In this document: one piece after another, positions 8,197 to 18,844 of the stretch
Layout of the letters: each line of letters opens with the position of its first letter
How positions within the stretch are numbered: position 1 is the stretch's first letter
IMG/VR virus record: IMGVR_UViG_3300035698_014070
Span: 10,229 to 74,228 of that record
Length of the DNA: 64,000 nt
Direction: 5' to 3' (one strand)
DNA from: a virus
The notes under the pieces: generated by a model
What the model saw: the letters and a program-made list of their open reading frames with translations, nothing else
The model's database searches: none
What the model was told of the DNA's origin: nothing
Made by a program: the position numbers and the translations under genes

Positions 8197-9956
8197 TGCA
8201 GAATCCGCTGAATTTAATTGCTAAGATCTTCAAGAAACCTGGTTCTGTACCAGCTGCCGATTTGATTTCAGTAATGAGAGATCTGCAGAATAATCTTGCG
8301 CAGATGCAGACACCAGATAATAAGACTAAGATGTCTAAAGAAGATCTTAGTAAGATATTATTGATGGGTTCACCTTCCACTTCAATGGATGATACTGTAT
8401 TCAATAGCATGGTTATAAACTATGAGCGCAGATCTGTTTATAAAGAATTAGATTTAAGCTTATCCCACTGGATGATGTCATCTGCTCTCGAATGCTACAG
8501 CGATTACGCCACCGTATATTCGCCTATACATGATTCTACAGTCTGGTGTACAGGTGATACAAAGTATGTTTCTAAGATAACAAACATGTTAGATCAGATA
8601 GGAGTAGAAGAGAAGATATTTGATTGGGCATGGACAATTGCTGCATATGGAGATTTGTTTGTAGAGTTAGTAGCAGATCCATCGCTTGGTATTATAAACA
8701 TAATGGATGATGACCATCCTATTAATGTATCTAGACTTGATAGAAATGGAGTATTAAACGGATTCTTTAGAACACCATTAGGAGAAGTAGGGCAGGAAGT
8801 AACGGCACAATTATTGCCACCATGGAAGTTTGTGCACTTTAGATTGTTATCAACTAAAAGAAAGAGACCATTGTACGGTGATCCTAATTTCACAGAGTAT
8901 AGAACTATGCACTTATTGTCTCCTGATGCTAGAAGAATATCAACAGCATACGGAACAAGCGTATTGATGAACGCGTTGCCTATATATAAACGTTTACGTA
9001 TGGCTGAAGATAGTCTGTTACTTACACGTTTAACTCGCGGTATTAAACGTTACATATATAAGGTCAAGGTAGATGGCTCTAATATAGATTCTATTTCAGC
9101 CATTATTGATGGTTATAAATCATTGTTGAAGACGGCTAGAGCGATAAACAGCAGTTCTTCTAGTCCATACTTTGAAGAGCGGTATGACCCAATGGGTTCA
9201 TTAGAAGATTTAATTGTGCCAGTGTGGGATAATGTGAATGATTTAGAAGTAGAAGAAATTGGTGGTGATGCAGATATACGATGGATTGTGGATATAGAGG
9301 AACTTCGCAATCAATTAGCTTCAGCATTACGTACTCCTTTATCTTTGTTAGGTGGATTTGTAGATGAGGCAACTGGTGCTTTAGGCAGTTCATCTATAGA
9401 GAAGCTAGATATGCGGTTTGCTAGATCAGCTCGTCGTCTTCAGCGTGCTTTGATTGTTGGTATAACTAGAATGGCACAAATAGATTTAGCATATCAAGGG
9501 CTGGATCCAGATACAAAATTGTTTGATATACATATGCCTGAAACATCTACTGCAGAAGAAGAGCAATTAAGAGAGTCATTAGATACAGCAATAGATGTGG
9601 TTGATAAAGTATTAATGACGTACGAGTCTGTGTTTGGTAAAGACTTGAATAAAGCAAAGCTGTTAGATTATTTAAATCAGAAGTTTCTGAAACTCAGTGA
9701 TTTGAACTTAACTGATTATGTAACAGCGTATGAAGGAAGTGATAGAGATAAGCAATTGAGTTTGATTGATGATGCTAAAGACGAGTTAGTGCATAATAAG
9801 GGTAGGCTTGCTAGAACAGCTAAGTCATTAGATTTTAAAGCACTAACAGAAACAAAAGAAGGTAAAGCTTTGTGGGAATTGAATAACCCAGATCGTGCAA
9901 GTATTAAGATAAAGATAAACGCTTCTAAGAAAAGAACTAAAGGTTCAAAGAAATGA
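8196..9956 (+). CDS. Portal protein, T4 gp20-like
   Basis: YGDLFVEL, FVHFR, YGTSVL...YKRLRMAEDSLLLTRLTR..RYIYKV, LASALRTP, DMRFAR motifs. Confidence 0.9.
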   Translation: MQNPLNLIAKIFKKPGSVPAADLISVMRDLQNNLAQMQTPDNKTKMSKEDLSKILLMGSPSTSMDDTVFNSMVINYERRSVYKELDLSLSHWMMSSALECYSDYATVYSPIHDSTVWCTGDTKYVSKITNMLDQIGVEEKIFDWAWTIAAYGDLFVELVADPSLGIINIMDDDHPINVSRLDRNGVLNGFFRTPLGEVGQEVTAQLLPPWKFVHFRLLSTKRKRPLYGDPNFTEYRTMHLLSPDARRISTAYGTSVLMNALPIYKRLRMAEDSLLLTRLTRGIKRYIYKVKVDGSNIDSISAIIDGYKSLLKTARAINSSSSSPYFEERYDPMGSLEDLIVPVWDNVNDLEVEEIGGDADIRWIVDIEELRNQLASALRTPLSLLGGFVDEATGALGSSSIEKLDMRFARSARRLQRALIVGITRMAQIDLAYQGLDPDTKLFDIHMPETSTAEEEQLRESLDTAIDVVDKVLMTYESVFGKDLNKAKLLDYLNQKFLKLSDLNLTDYVTAYEGSDRDKQLSLIDDAKDELVHNKGRLARTAKSLDFKALTETKEGKALWELNNPDRASIKIKINASKKRTKGSKK

Positions 9957-10234
9957 AAGAGCTAATAGAACAATTAATAAATGTATTAGAATCAAAATAT
10001 GGAACAGGCGATGTTGTAGTATTTACTTTAAAAAATTTACATAGCTCTGCTTATGCGGGTACTAAAATGAAAGAGCATGATGGTAAAAAATGTACAATAG
10101 TTAAATATTTACATACAGATTATGATTTTAATGTTTCATTCTATGATATAGAATTTGATGATGGATATACTCTAAGTAACGCAGGTGATTACATGTTAAA
10201 GCCTTATGTAAATCCTAGTTTGAGAGATATATAA
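9953..10234 (+). CDS. SLRDI-tagged small protein, SH3/KOW-like
   Basis: Leader MKELIEQLINVLE; GDVVVF...GKKCTIV...YDIEFDDG; ends NPSLRDI. Confidence 0.7.
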   Translation: MKELIEQLINVLESKYGTGDVVVFTLKNLHSSAYAGTKMKEHDGKKCTIVKYLHTDYDFNVSFYDIEFDDGYTLSNAGDYMLKPYVNPSLRDI

Positions 10235-10509
10235 TGTCAGATGATAAGTTAGCACAGGATATACAGGATATTATACTAGGAAAGCGTGTGCTAACATCAG
10301 AGAGTGATCAAGTATATGACCAACCTATAATACGTAAAGAGAATACAAGTGACCAAGTAAATGAAGATATGTCTTTTGGAGAAATGTTAGAACAAGTTTG
10401 TAATGATAGTGTGCAGCAAAATAAAGAAGATGATAAGATAACTGATGAAATGTGTAATGAGGTTATAAGTAAATGTAACATGAGTCTTATGAAGGATTTA
10501 CTAAAATGA
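10234..10509 (+). CDS. Acidic hypothetical protein, putative head/core component
   Basis: Coupled ORF downstream of the portal. Confidence 0.55.
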   Translation: MSDDKLAQDIQDIILGKRVLTSESDQVYDQPIIRKENTSDQVNEDMSFGEMLEQVCNDSVQQNKEDDKITDEMCNEVISKCNMSLMKDLLK

Positions 10510-10736
10510 GTTTTGAAAATATCTATGGTAGTATTCAGAATGAAATTCTTACAGAGATAAAGGATCAGCTCCTTGTTTCTGTTACGTTACCGATAGATGC
10601 TTTAACAGAATCCGTTGGTGATATTTATGTAAGTGTTTCAGGAAATTGTAATGCTTGGTTACAACAAAATGAGAATAATAAAGATATCTTAGCAGAAGCT
10701 TTATTGAATTTAGCTGATCGTGTAATGAAAGAGTAA
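10506..10736 (+). CDS. Hypothetical protein
   Basis: ATGA overlap. Confidence 0.55.
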   Translation: MSFENIYGSIQNEILTEIKDQLLVSVTLPIDALTESVGDIYVSVSGNCNAWLQQNENNKDILAEALLNLADRVMKE

Positions 10737-11114
10737 ATGGATACATTGTTAGAACAAGTAAATAAAGCGTTTAGAGAAACTAACGAAGCTAGACCAGCTA
10801 ATGCAGCTGTAGTAAAAGCAGAATTAAAGCGCGTATTTATTGACGCGCAATATACGATACGTGATCTTCATGATAGTACTTCTCCAGCATTTGACGCAGT
10901 AGATAATTCTATGAATTTTATTATACCAGTAAGAAATAATAGAAAATATACTGAAGAAGTTTTAGCAGAAGTTGGTTTAGCAGAAGAATATACTGAACTT
11001 ATCTTTAAAAAACAGGTAATAGCGGATCAGCTAAAAGATACAGAAGATTTAGAAATATTCGCAATTAAATTAGATCAAGCAATAAAGAATATGAGTTCGC
11101 TTAGAGATATATAA
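10737..11114 (+). CDS. SLRDI-tagged helical protein
   Basis: Leader MDTLLEQVNKAFRETNE; ends MSSLRDI. Confidence 0.7.
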   Translation: MDTLLEQVNKAFRETNEARPANAAVVKAELKRVFIDAQYTIRDLHDSTSPAFDAVDNSMNFIIPVRNNRKYTEEVLAEVGLAEEYTELIFKKQVIADQLKDTEDLEIFAIKLDQAIKNMSSLRDI

Positions 11115-12487
11115 TGATATCACAGTTATTAGAATTTATAGATAAAGAATTAAACGAAGGACTGAAGTCTGCTCGTCGTACGTATTTAGATAGCGATAAG
11201 ATAGATCAAGCAGAGTTTGATTGGTGTGTATCTGCTGATCCTACATCTCAAAAGAAATACTTAGATTGGATATGCAAACAGTACATTACGCATGATGAAT
11301 TAGATTTAGAAGGTTTTAAAACACTTATTAAAGACTTTTATACATATTCTGAAGATAAGTTAATAGATAATCCTGATATATATACATATAAAACAATAGA
11401 GCAAGTTGCTGATGCTATAACTGCTGCTAAATCTAAAGTAACTAAGAAGAAGAAAAAAGAAAGCGCAATAAAGGGTGCAGCAGTTTCTTTTGAAACAGAT
11501 AAATATGTTGGTTATAATATTTATTCTAATGAAGCGTCAAAGAAGTATGGTGCAGGAGCTCCATGGTGTACTAGATCAGAGGAATCACCATCACATTGGT
11601 TTGACTATAGGTATAATGATAGAAAAAGTTTTATTTATATACTTAATAAGATTAAACCAAAAGATAAGTACGCTCTTGTGTATATAGATAATAAAATACA
11701 TGAATGTTGGGATATTATTAATGATAATATTGGATTTAGTCAAGCATTTGATAATATGCAAAAAGTAGATGATAGTATTACTGATAGTTATATAGAGTTA
11801 TTTAAAGAAGGTATACCTGAATCAGGTGAATTACGTGATCCTAAAGAAACTATTGATAATGAGTATGATTTTTTAACATCTAAAGTAAAACGAATAACAG
11901 ATAAATTGTTTTTACAATTGTCTGGTGTTAAATCAAGATATCTTCTTAAAGATCATGAGATGTACATGATAGATTTGAATAAGAATATGTCTTCAGAAAA
12001 ACTTGCACAGAATATTGTATCACAATTAATTGCTAGTGTTAAAGATGATACGTCTAATACGTTACGCTGGTCGCGTTGGTTAAATGATGATAGTATAAAT
12101 AATATACAAATAGATGATTCTCTTATAAATATAATTGAATCATTTGGTGGTATACATAGATTGAAAACATTAGAAGAAGCAGATAAGTTTCTTGAAAATA
12201 TAATTAGAAAAGTAACTACAGAAATAAATCATGATGATATACGTAATGTAAAATTGTGGTTAGATTTACTTGGCGATATTTTGATGAAGGGTTTTGTGGG
12301 TGTGTGTTATTACAAGACGAAAGCGCCACATCCAAAAGGAGCAGCGTATTATCCAGTGCGTACATCTGATTATACAAAAGCAGATTCATTTGTTGGTGAA
12401 ATTAAAGATAATCCAAAATGGGCTCAAGAAGAGTTCGAATACTTTTTAGATGCTGTAATGAATAAATACAAAATGTTTGAATTATGA
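11114..12487 (+). CDS. Putative virion-internal protein with YG-x-x-x-x-WCT (PcfJ-like) domain
   Basis: Leader MISQLLEFIDKELNE; DPT..KKYLDWI and EASKKYGAGAPWCT motifs, as in large-phage proteins. Confidence 0.6.
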   Translation: MISQLLEFIDKELNEGLKSARRTYLDSDKIDQAEFDWCVSADPTSQKKYLDWICKQYITHDELDLEGFKTLIKDFYTYSEDKLIDNPDIYTYKTIEQVADAITAAKSKVTKKKKKESAIKGAAVSFETDKYVGYNIYSNEASKKYGAGAPWCTRSEESPSHWFDYRYNDRKSFIYILNKIKPKDKYALVYIDNKIHECWDIINDNIGFSQAFDNMQKVDDSITDSYIELFKEGIPESGELRDPKETIDNEYDFLTSKVKRITDKLFLQLSGVKSRYLLKDHEMYMIDLNKNMSSEKLAQNIVSQLIASVKDDTSNTLRWSRWLNDDSINNIQIDDSLINIIESFGGIHRLKTLEEADKFLENIIRKVTTEINHDDIRNVKLWLDLLGDILMKGFVGVCYYKTKAPHPKGAAYYPVRTSDYTKADSFVGEIKDNPKWAQEEFEYFLDAVMNKYKMFEL

Positions 12488-12514
12488 GTATTAATAGAAC
12501 AACTTGAAGAAATA

Positions 12515-12802
12515 ATGCTTACTGAAGAAAGCAGAATAGAGTTACTTGATCAGTGGTTTTCGAAGTATGAACGGTGGACTGATGAAATAGAACGTTTTTC
12601 TAGAAGGTTGATGGATGATTTTTATTGGATGGTGAAAAAACCAGAGCTAGAAATGAATAATGATAAAGAATTAACTAAGGCAGTAAAAGATATACATGAT
12701 ACAGCACAAAAAATTAATTTAAGCACTAATCCTTTATTTGATATGATTCGTAAAACAGAAAAACAGTTTAAACAAAAAGCAGCTTCTTTAAGAGATATAT
12801 AA
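12515..12802 (+). CDS. SLRDI-tagged helical protein (leader LIEQLEEI encoded in frame upstream of the ATG)
   Basis: Ends AASLRDI; 12488-12514 translates in frame to VLIEQLEEI. Confidence 0.65.
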   Translation: MLTEESRIELLDQWFSKYERWTDEIERFSRRLMDDFYWMVKKPELEMNNDKELTKAVKDIHDTAQKINLSTNPLFDMIRKTEKQFKQKAASLRDI

Positions 12803-13179
12803 TGTTAGAATTAATAAACAAACTGTTGGCATATGAACGGCACTTTTCACATAGTCATGGTGACAAGATAGATTTAGCTAAGTCATTGTTTCTTGAGAAT
12901 AAACATGATGAGTGCAGAGATGTGCTTAATACATTTCCTTCACAAGAAGTACTGCTAGGACAGTTGACTGAAAAACTTAAAGGTAAAAGTGTTTATAAGA
13001 CGCTTAAGCTTATTGCAGAAGGCAAGTGCGAAAGTAAGGCAGCTGAGATGAAAGGTCTTTTTAGTTTAGGAACACATATAGCGATAGAGTGTGAAAAAGA
13101 AAATAGTGAGTACGGTTTGTTATTGCCATATGTGTATGAAAAGCTTGGTCAACTTATATTTAATAAAGAAATAGATTAA
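12802..13179 (+). CDS. Hypothetical protein with leader MLELINKLLAYE
   Basis: TAATG overlap. Confidence 0.6.
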   Translation: MLELINKLLAYERHFSHSHGDKIDLAKSLFLENKHDECRDVLNTFPSQEVLLGQLTEKLKGKSVYKTLKLIAEGKCESKAAEMKGLFSLGTHIAIECEKENSEYGLLLPYVYEKLGQLIFNKEID

Positions 13180-13182
13180 TGA

Positions 13183-13959
13183 ATGATAATTTTACAGGAG
13201 TTTACTATGAATAATTTGATGAGTTCACTGATGGAAAGCGCTATGCATGGCGCAAATGATGTGTTCACTGTGCAGAAGTTTCGGTTCAGTGGACAAATCG
13301 TTGATTCTATTTCCTTTAAAGAAAAGGATGTAGCTTTAGAGTTTGCTAGTGATGTGGTTAAGTCTATGCCTTCTTCTAAGTATTTTGTTGAGGTGCATGA
13401 AGTAACAGATGAAGGTGGTTCTAATACGCTTTGGAGTAGTGAAGCTAAAGATCCTGACAAGAAGACGAAGAAGCCTGGTAAGGTGCCGACTAAGACGGAT
13501 GCTGAAGGTGATGGATCAATAACAAATATAAAGGCACCCAACGAGGCTAAGTCTGGTGATAAAAAGGAAAAGAAACCTGGTAAGGTACCAGTGAAGACTG
13601 ATGCAAAAGATGATACAGGTAGTGTGAAGAATATTAAAGCACCGAATGAAGGTGTGTTACCAGATCATGCTGAGCCAACTGATAAGAAGATTCAGGCTAT
13701 GGTTGAAGAAGAAGATACTGAAGAGAAATGCGATGAAGAAAGTGAAGATGATGACGAAGAGAATGTTGATGAAGCAAGTAAAAAGCAAACATTAAGTGAG
13801 TTTACAGAGTATATTAAATCAATATATGGATTTGAAGAAGGAGAATCTGAAGAAGATTTTGATGAAGCGGTTTATGTTGCAATGAAAGAACTGCATGGCG
13901 ACGAAATTTACGATGCATTATTAGATGCGTTTACTGCTGGTAAGAATACTAATGGATAA
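13183..13959 (+). CDS. Acidic, internally repeated putative prohead core protein
   Basis: Two KKPGKVPxKTDA...NIKAPNE repeats; shares a 20-aa motif with 24633..25847. True start probably 13207 (CAGGAG SD). Confidence 0.6.
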   Translation: MIILQEFTMNNLMSSLMESAMHGANDVFTVQKFRFSGQIVDSISFKEKDVALEFASDVVKSMPSSKYFVEVHEVTDEGGSNTLWSSEAKDPDKKTKKPGKVPTKTDAEGDGSITNIKAPNEAKSGDKKEKKPGKVPVKTDAKDDTGSVKNIKAPNEGVLPDHAEPTDKKIQAMVEEEDTEEKCDEESEDDDEENVDEASKKQTLSEFTEYIKSIYGFEEGESEEDFDEAVYVAMKELHGDEIYDALLDAFTAGKNTNG

Positions 13960-14287
13960 GTTAATAGAACAACTTGAGAGAAGTTTAAATGAAGAAGGTG
14001 AATTGAATACACCTGAATCATACTTAATGAAACGAGCATCAGATATTTCAGATAAATTAGATACAATTGAAGATGCGCTTGCAGATATACACAATGATAT
14101 ATATGATATTACGATGGCTTTACCACCAGGTGGACCTACTTATAAAAAATGGGGTAATCAGTTTTACAATTTAAAAATAGAAGCAGGAAATGCTTTTGAA
14201 CATGGAGATAACTTTTTATACCGTTTGAATAAGTTTATAGATAAGTTTATGAGTGAGTACAAAGCTATCACATTGAGAGACATATGA
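13952..14287 (+). CDS. TLRDI-tagged helical protein
   Basis: Start reassigned to ATG 13952: MDKLIEQLERSLNEE; ends AITLRDI. Confidence 0.7.
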   Translation: MDKLIEQLERSLNEEGELNTPESYLMKRASDISDKLDTIEDALADIHNDIYDITMALPPGGPTYKKWGNQFYNLKIEAGNAFEHGDNFLYRLNKFIDKFMSEYKAITLRDI

Positions 14288-14658
14288 AAGAACTATTAGA
14301 AAAGTTAAGTAAAGTGATTAAAGCATCTCTTGATACAGATGCAGAGTATATAGAAGAGTATGTAGACGCTTTAGAAACTGTAATAGATCGGTATACTAAT
14401 GCACAATATAGTATAGAACGTGCGGTAAATGCACTATGTCATGCTGTTGATGGTGTGAAGATAGGGTTAGAAGATCGTAAAGATCAAAAGTCAATTGAGT
14501 TTATTGAAGAGGTTTTTGGTAACATCACTGAGATAGATAACAACAACGCTGATTTGGTTAACAATGAAAGACTTAAAATTATGGTTGAGTCTATAGATGG
14601 TATTAGAAAAGCTTTAGCTGATATGGTTTTAAGTAAGAAAAGTTTACGGGATATATAA
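14284..14658 (+). CDS. SLRDI-tagged helical protein
   Basis: Leader MKELLEKLSKVI; ends KKSLRDI. Confidence 0.7.
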   Translation: MKELLEKLSKVIKASLDTDAEYIEEYVDALETVIDRYTNAQYSIERAVNALCHAVDGVKIGLEDRKDQKSIEFIEEVFGNITEIDNNNADLVNNERLKIMVESIDGIRKALADMVLSKKSLRDI

Positions 14659-14787
14659 ATGCATAATTTATTTGTAATTAGAACTTGTTCGGCTCCAAGT
14701 TCTCCTTTCGCAGGCCGGCTGTTCACAAAGCAGTCGGTCTGTTTACATAATGAAAACAGTATGTTATAATACATAAAGGAATAAACA

Positions 14788-15132
14788 ATGGCGTTAGAAA
14801 ACATTTCAGATAATTATAAACCTACTGTTGAGCAGTCACCTGAGATTGTTATTACAGACGCGACAAAAACTACTGTTGTTGCTGCTATTACTAGTACAAG
14901 AATAAAAGTAGTAGATTTTAAGATAAGTTCAGATACTGCTGCAGAGTGGAAAATATATTCTGGAGACACTGTTATTTGGACATTATATGGTGGAGCAGAT
15001 TGGGGATGGTCTGAAAGATCTGAAATTCATTACCCAGTTTTTATTACTAATGTTGGAGAAGCCTTTTTTGTTGAAGGCAGTGTTGCCTCATTAAATGCTA
15101 GTGTTCACGTAAAATATATTGAAGTAGATTAA
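14788..15132 (+). CDS. Beta-rich virion structural protein candidate
   Basis: AAGGA SD; composition suggests a beta-sandwich. Confidence 0.55.
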   Translation: MALENISDNYKPTVEQSPEIVITDATKTTVVAAITSTRIKVVDFKISSDTAAEWKIYSGDTVIWTLYGGADWGWSERSEIHYPVFITNVGEAFFVEGSVASLNASVHVKYIEVD

Positions 15133-15190
15133 AAAGGAACATTTATTAATAATTATTATGCTGATTATAATATCGTAAACGGAGTTATTA

Positions 15191-16624
15191 ATGGGACGAA
15201 TAGATGATAGAGAAATTTGGCTTGTTGCAGATCATGCAGATGATAAAGAAAAGATTACTGTTATAGATGAATATGGTAACTTATTACAAGAAATTGTAAC
15301 CACGGCGGCCCAAGATAATATCTCGTGGGATTCTACTGATAAGACGCTTTGGCTAAACAAAGAACACGTTGCAGGAACGGACGATTATGTAAGTAATATT
15401 TATTCATCAGCGCAGGTACTTTCTAAAACCACCATTGATGCTGCTGACTTTGATCTGGAGGATGTTTGTCATGATCCGTCTGATGATTCTCTGTGGATGA
15501 TAAGTGATAACGCAGGAAATCTAGTTTTGCAGAACCGAAGCAAAGCTGCTCCTAATACGATTATTGCGTCTCACAACATTTCAACAACGATAGAAAGCCC
15601 ACAAGGGGTCGCGAGTGATCCGACTGATTTCACATTGTGGATATCAGATAATATTCCTTTTGCGGGGCGGGTTGGCTTAATTCATCATGTCGATAAAGGA
15701 GGTAATATTTTCACGGCGGATACGATTACAATCGTTGAGGCTTTGCACTCTTCTTTAACGGGGCAAGCAGGATTGTTGCAAGGAATTTGCGTGGATGATC
15801 GGGACGGAACACTTTGGTTTAGCGTCAGAAATACTTATATTTATCATCTCACTCGTACTGGTACTTTGATAAAGGTTGTGGCTACGCCTCTTACTGACCG
15901 AGGAGCTGCCAGTGGTCCAACAGGTTTATGCTTATGTCCATGGGGGACACGAGCATACGCGCTTCGTCCTATTGCTTCTTATCAATTATATGATGATCAA
16001 GAGAATGGGCATGTCACTGCAGAGGTTGGAACTAGTGCAACGTTGGAAGGAGGGGATGACACAGACGATAAGAGCGTGGTTGGACCCATTAGCAAGGGGT
16101 TTAATCTGAATGGTATTGATGATTATGTGGATTTTAATGATGTAGCTCTTACGGATAATACATGGTCAATCTCCTGTTGGCTGAACATTCCATCTCTTGC
16201 ATCGGCTATGGTACTTTTGGGTGATGCTGATAATGAAGATTGGATTAGGTTTAACTCAACTAGTGAGATTTTTTTCAAGTTTGCCAATATAAGTCAGACT
16301 CTTATGAATACTAGCATCGCTATTCCTATTGGTGAATGGTTCCACTTAGTGATTACAAGATGGGGAATCACTTATACGTCGGTTTATGTGAATGGAACGT
16401 TACAAGAAACAAAAACAATTGGTAGTGCTGCTCCATTTACACCAGAATTTCTTGGTCAAAAAGATGATAATGGTTGGTTGGCAGGCAAAGTGTCTAATTT
16501 AATGTTATTCAATTATACTCTTAATATAGTAGATATTGCTTATCTTTACAATGCCGGGGCAGGACAGGACATCATTACAGAAGAAGAAACTGCTGATCGT
16601 ACAAGTAACAATGCTTGGTGGTAG
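15191..16624 (+). CDS. Beta-propeller plus LamG/concanavalin-like protein
   Basis: Repeated D..D.TLW blades; C-terminal FNLNGIDDYV, WSISCW, GEWFHLVIT, VYVNG, LYNAG LamG motifs. Confidence 0.7.
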   Translation: MGRIDDREIWLVADHADDKEKITVIDEYGNLLQEIVTTAAQDNISWDSTDKTLWLNKEHVAGTDDYVSNIYSSAQVLSKTTIDAADFDLEDVCHDPSDDSLWMISDNAGNLVLQNRSKAAPNTIIASHNISTTIESPQGVASDPTDFTLWISDNIPFAGRVGLIHHVDKGGNIFTADTITIVEALHSSLTGQAGLLQGICVDDRDGTLWFSVRNTYIYHLTRTGTLIKVVATPLTDRGAASGPTGLCLCPWGTRAYALRPIASYQLYDDQENGHVTAEVGTSATLEGGDDTDDKSVVGPISKGFNLNGIDDYVDFNDVALTDNTWSISCWLNIPSLASAMVLLGDADNEDWIRFNSTSEIFFKFANISQTLMNTSIAIPIGEWFHLVITRWGITYTSVYVNGTLQETKTIGSAAPFTPEFLGQKDDNGWLAGKVSNLMLFNYTLNIVDIAYLYNAGAGQDIITEEETADRTSNNAWW

Positions 16625-16625
16625 G

Positions 16626-18506
16626 ATGAAATATAAAGTATGTTTGTTTATTATTTGTTTATTTATAGTTGGTTGTCAAAAACCAGAGATTATTTGTCAT
16701 CCACATGAAGAAGTAGAGGCAATAGATTGTTATGACATTAATAAAGATGGAAAGATTAATCTTATTGATTTTGCTGCTTTTCAGAGAGTGTGGTTACAAG
16801 GACAAGAGGAGCTTGTAGAAATGGCAGACACGCTGACACAATTCGGGATTACGTGGACGTTCGACAAACAGTTGACTGTGGACGGAGCGGGAGATACGTA
16901 TCAGTATGGTACTTTTGCTAATGGAGATTATTGGGTAGTTGGTTCTGTGAACATTATTGGTATTAGTCCCCTGTCTACAGATGTTGCTGGTCGTATTAAG
17001 AATGGCTCCATGATAAATCCTGATCCAACAATTACAGATCAAGGTTATGATAATAGTATGCTTTACAACGACTACAAGGTTGCTTTAAATGTAGCCTTAG
17101 ACGTGGCTGGCGGAAACCCATTAGAAGTTACGGCCAACAAGTCTTTAATTTCGTCAATTAGTGAGGATGAAGCAGGGAAATCTGTGGCGCAACTGAAATC
17201 AGCGTCCATCTTAACGGTGCTTAGCTCTGCTCCGGTGGCCAATAGTTTTCGGCCCTATTATTGTGGGACAGATAAGTCTATTTTATTCAACGTGAGTGAT
17301 TTGGATTATAGCGCTGTATCCAGTCTTACGGCTTTAGGCAGTGTTTTGACCTTACATAAGGATACCCTTGATGATGAAACTGATCAAGATGAAACAGTAG
17401 AGCGAATGTTTGAACGGCCTTGGATAGATCATATGCCTAATTACTACGCCCGCAACCTGCATCCCGCAGAGAATATGCCTAATTATGGCAGTCAGATGGC
17501 AGTGCAAGTTGGACAAGCTGGATTAATGCTTAACCTTAACTTTTCTAATGCTGACAAAGAAATTTTAATGATACGCTTTGTTCAGTTAGGACTTGACTTA
17601 TATGGCATAATTGAAAATGGAGGCAAAGGTAATTGGACAGCCAACGGTGGTCATACACGCGGCAGAAAGATGCCTATTTTATTTGCTTCATTAGTATTAG
17701 ATGATTCTACTATGCAGGCGATGTTTGCTCTAACTGGAGATCATTTATATAGCGGAGCTTATGAAGCCGGAAGTCCTCCTCCTGACCTGATACATTTTTC
17801 AGAAGATGACCAGACTTTTTATGTAAAGGCAGCGGATATTTATAGTTCTCCATATGATCTCAATTATAACGCTGCTGGTCAAACTGCTGGAACGGTAACT
17901 GTAACTAATGGCAGTGCTGTTGTTACCGGGGATGGTACGGGCTGGACAGACCCATCATCTGTTGAGTATTTTGGTGTTGTTGGTGGAGACGAAGCTGTGG
18001 CTGGAGTTGGCGGTTTTGACTTTAAGATTTTATCGTATGATTCTGAAATACAAGTAACTCTTGAAACTCCATATACAGGGAGTTCTGGTAGTGGGTTAAG
18101 TTACCGAATAACAGATAAGTTAAGTTTTGGGCACGGCCATATGGGCAACCTTAGAGATTACGAGGAATACACTAATACCCATTTAGATATGCCTGAATCT
18201 GGAATTAACCATGCAACGGCACCTTTTTGTGACGGCTTGGATTGGGACGCAACTTATAGATCTGGCCAATTTGTTGGTGGTAGCGTTCTTACTGTTCTGA
18301 TTATGGGTGCTAAGTCTCTATGGAATCATGATGCATTTTTTGATTACGAAGATAGATATGTTGCTGAAGCAAAAGAGGAAGTAGATCCTGATCCATGGTT
18401 TTGGACAGAATTTACTCGTGATATGTGGGATGAATACCGGACTGATTATGGCGTTGTATGGCCGGATGAAGAAACGACGGGATATTTAATAGGATACATG
18501 CAATGA
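16626..18506 (+). CDS. Lipoprotein with dockerin-like loop and large extracellular domain
   Basis: Start reassigned to 16626: MKYK + hydrophobic stretch + IVG-C lipobox; DINKDGKINLIDFAAFQRVWL dockerin/EF-hand-like loop. Confidence 0.65.
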   Translation: MKYKVCLFIICLFIVGCQKPEIICHPHEEVEAIDCYDINKDGKINLIDFAAFQRVWLQGQEELVEMADTLTQFGITWTFDKQLTVDGAGDTYQYGTFANGDYWVVGSVNIIGISPLSTDVAGRIKNGSMINPDPTITDQGYDNSMLYNDYKVALNVALDVAGGNPLEVTANKSLISSISEDEAGKSVAQLKSASILTVLSSAPVANSFRPYYCGTDKSILFNVSDLDYSAVSSLTALGSVLTLHKDTLDDETDQDETVERMFERPWIDHMPNYYARNLHPAENMPNYGSQMAVQVGQAGLMLNLNFSNADKEILMIRFVQLGLDLYGIIENGGKGNWTANGGHTRGRKMPILFASLVLDDSTMQAMFALTGDHLYSGAYEAGSPPPDLIHFSEDDQTFYVKAADIYSSPYDLNYNAAGQTAGTVTVTNGSAVVTGDGTGWTDPSSVEYFGVVGGDEAVAGVGGFDFKILSYDSEIQVTLETPYTGSSGSGLSYRITDKLSFGHGHMGNLRDYEEYTNTHLDMPESGINHATAPFCDGLDWDATYRSGQFVGGSVLTVLIMGAKSLWNHDAFFDYEDRYVAEAKEEVDPDPWFWTEFTRDMWDEYRTDYGVVWPDEETTGYLIGYMQ

Positions 18507-18844
18507 GTTTAATAGATACATATTACCAGAGACACTGCACTACTTATAGCAAACTTTCCATGAAGGAGTTGTTAAAGGTTCAACCATCAGGCCCGGTGGA
18601 GATGTGCGTTGCCTTGCGTAATTACGTACAGGATCGGGCGTTGACTTATTACCGCACCGAGTTTGCGAATGAAAACTCTCTGACGGTTAGCAAGTTACCT
18701 CTCCCCAAAAATGATGCGGCAATTGCAGCGTTATGGAAATTGAGGAAAGAGAAAGAGATACTCGAAGAAAATATATCTGTAGCCAAGGCACTTACTTTGA
18801 CAAATAAAGTTGATGGTAAAACAGATGTGGTGGTGGTTAAATGA
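18503..18844 (+). CDS. Hypothetical protein
   Basis: ATGA overlaps at both ends. Confidence 0.55.
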   Translation: MSLIDTYYQRHCTTYSKLSMKELLKVQPSGPVEMCVALRNYVQDRALTYYRTEFANENSLTVSKLPLPKNDAAIAALWKLRKEKEILEENISVAKALTLTNKVDGKTDVVVVK

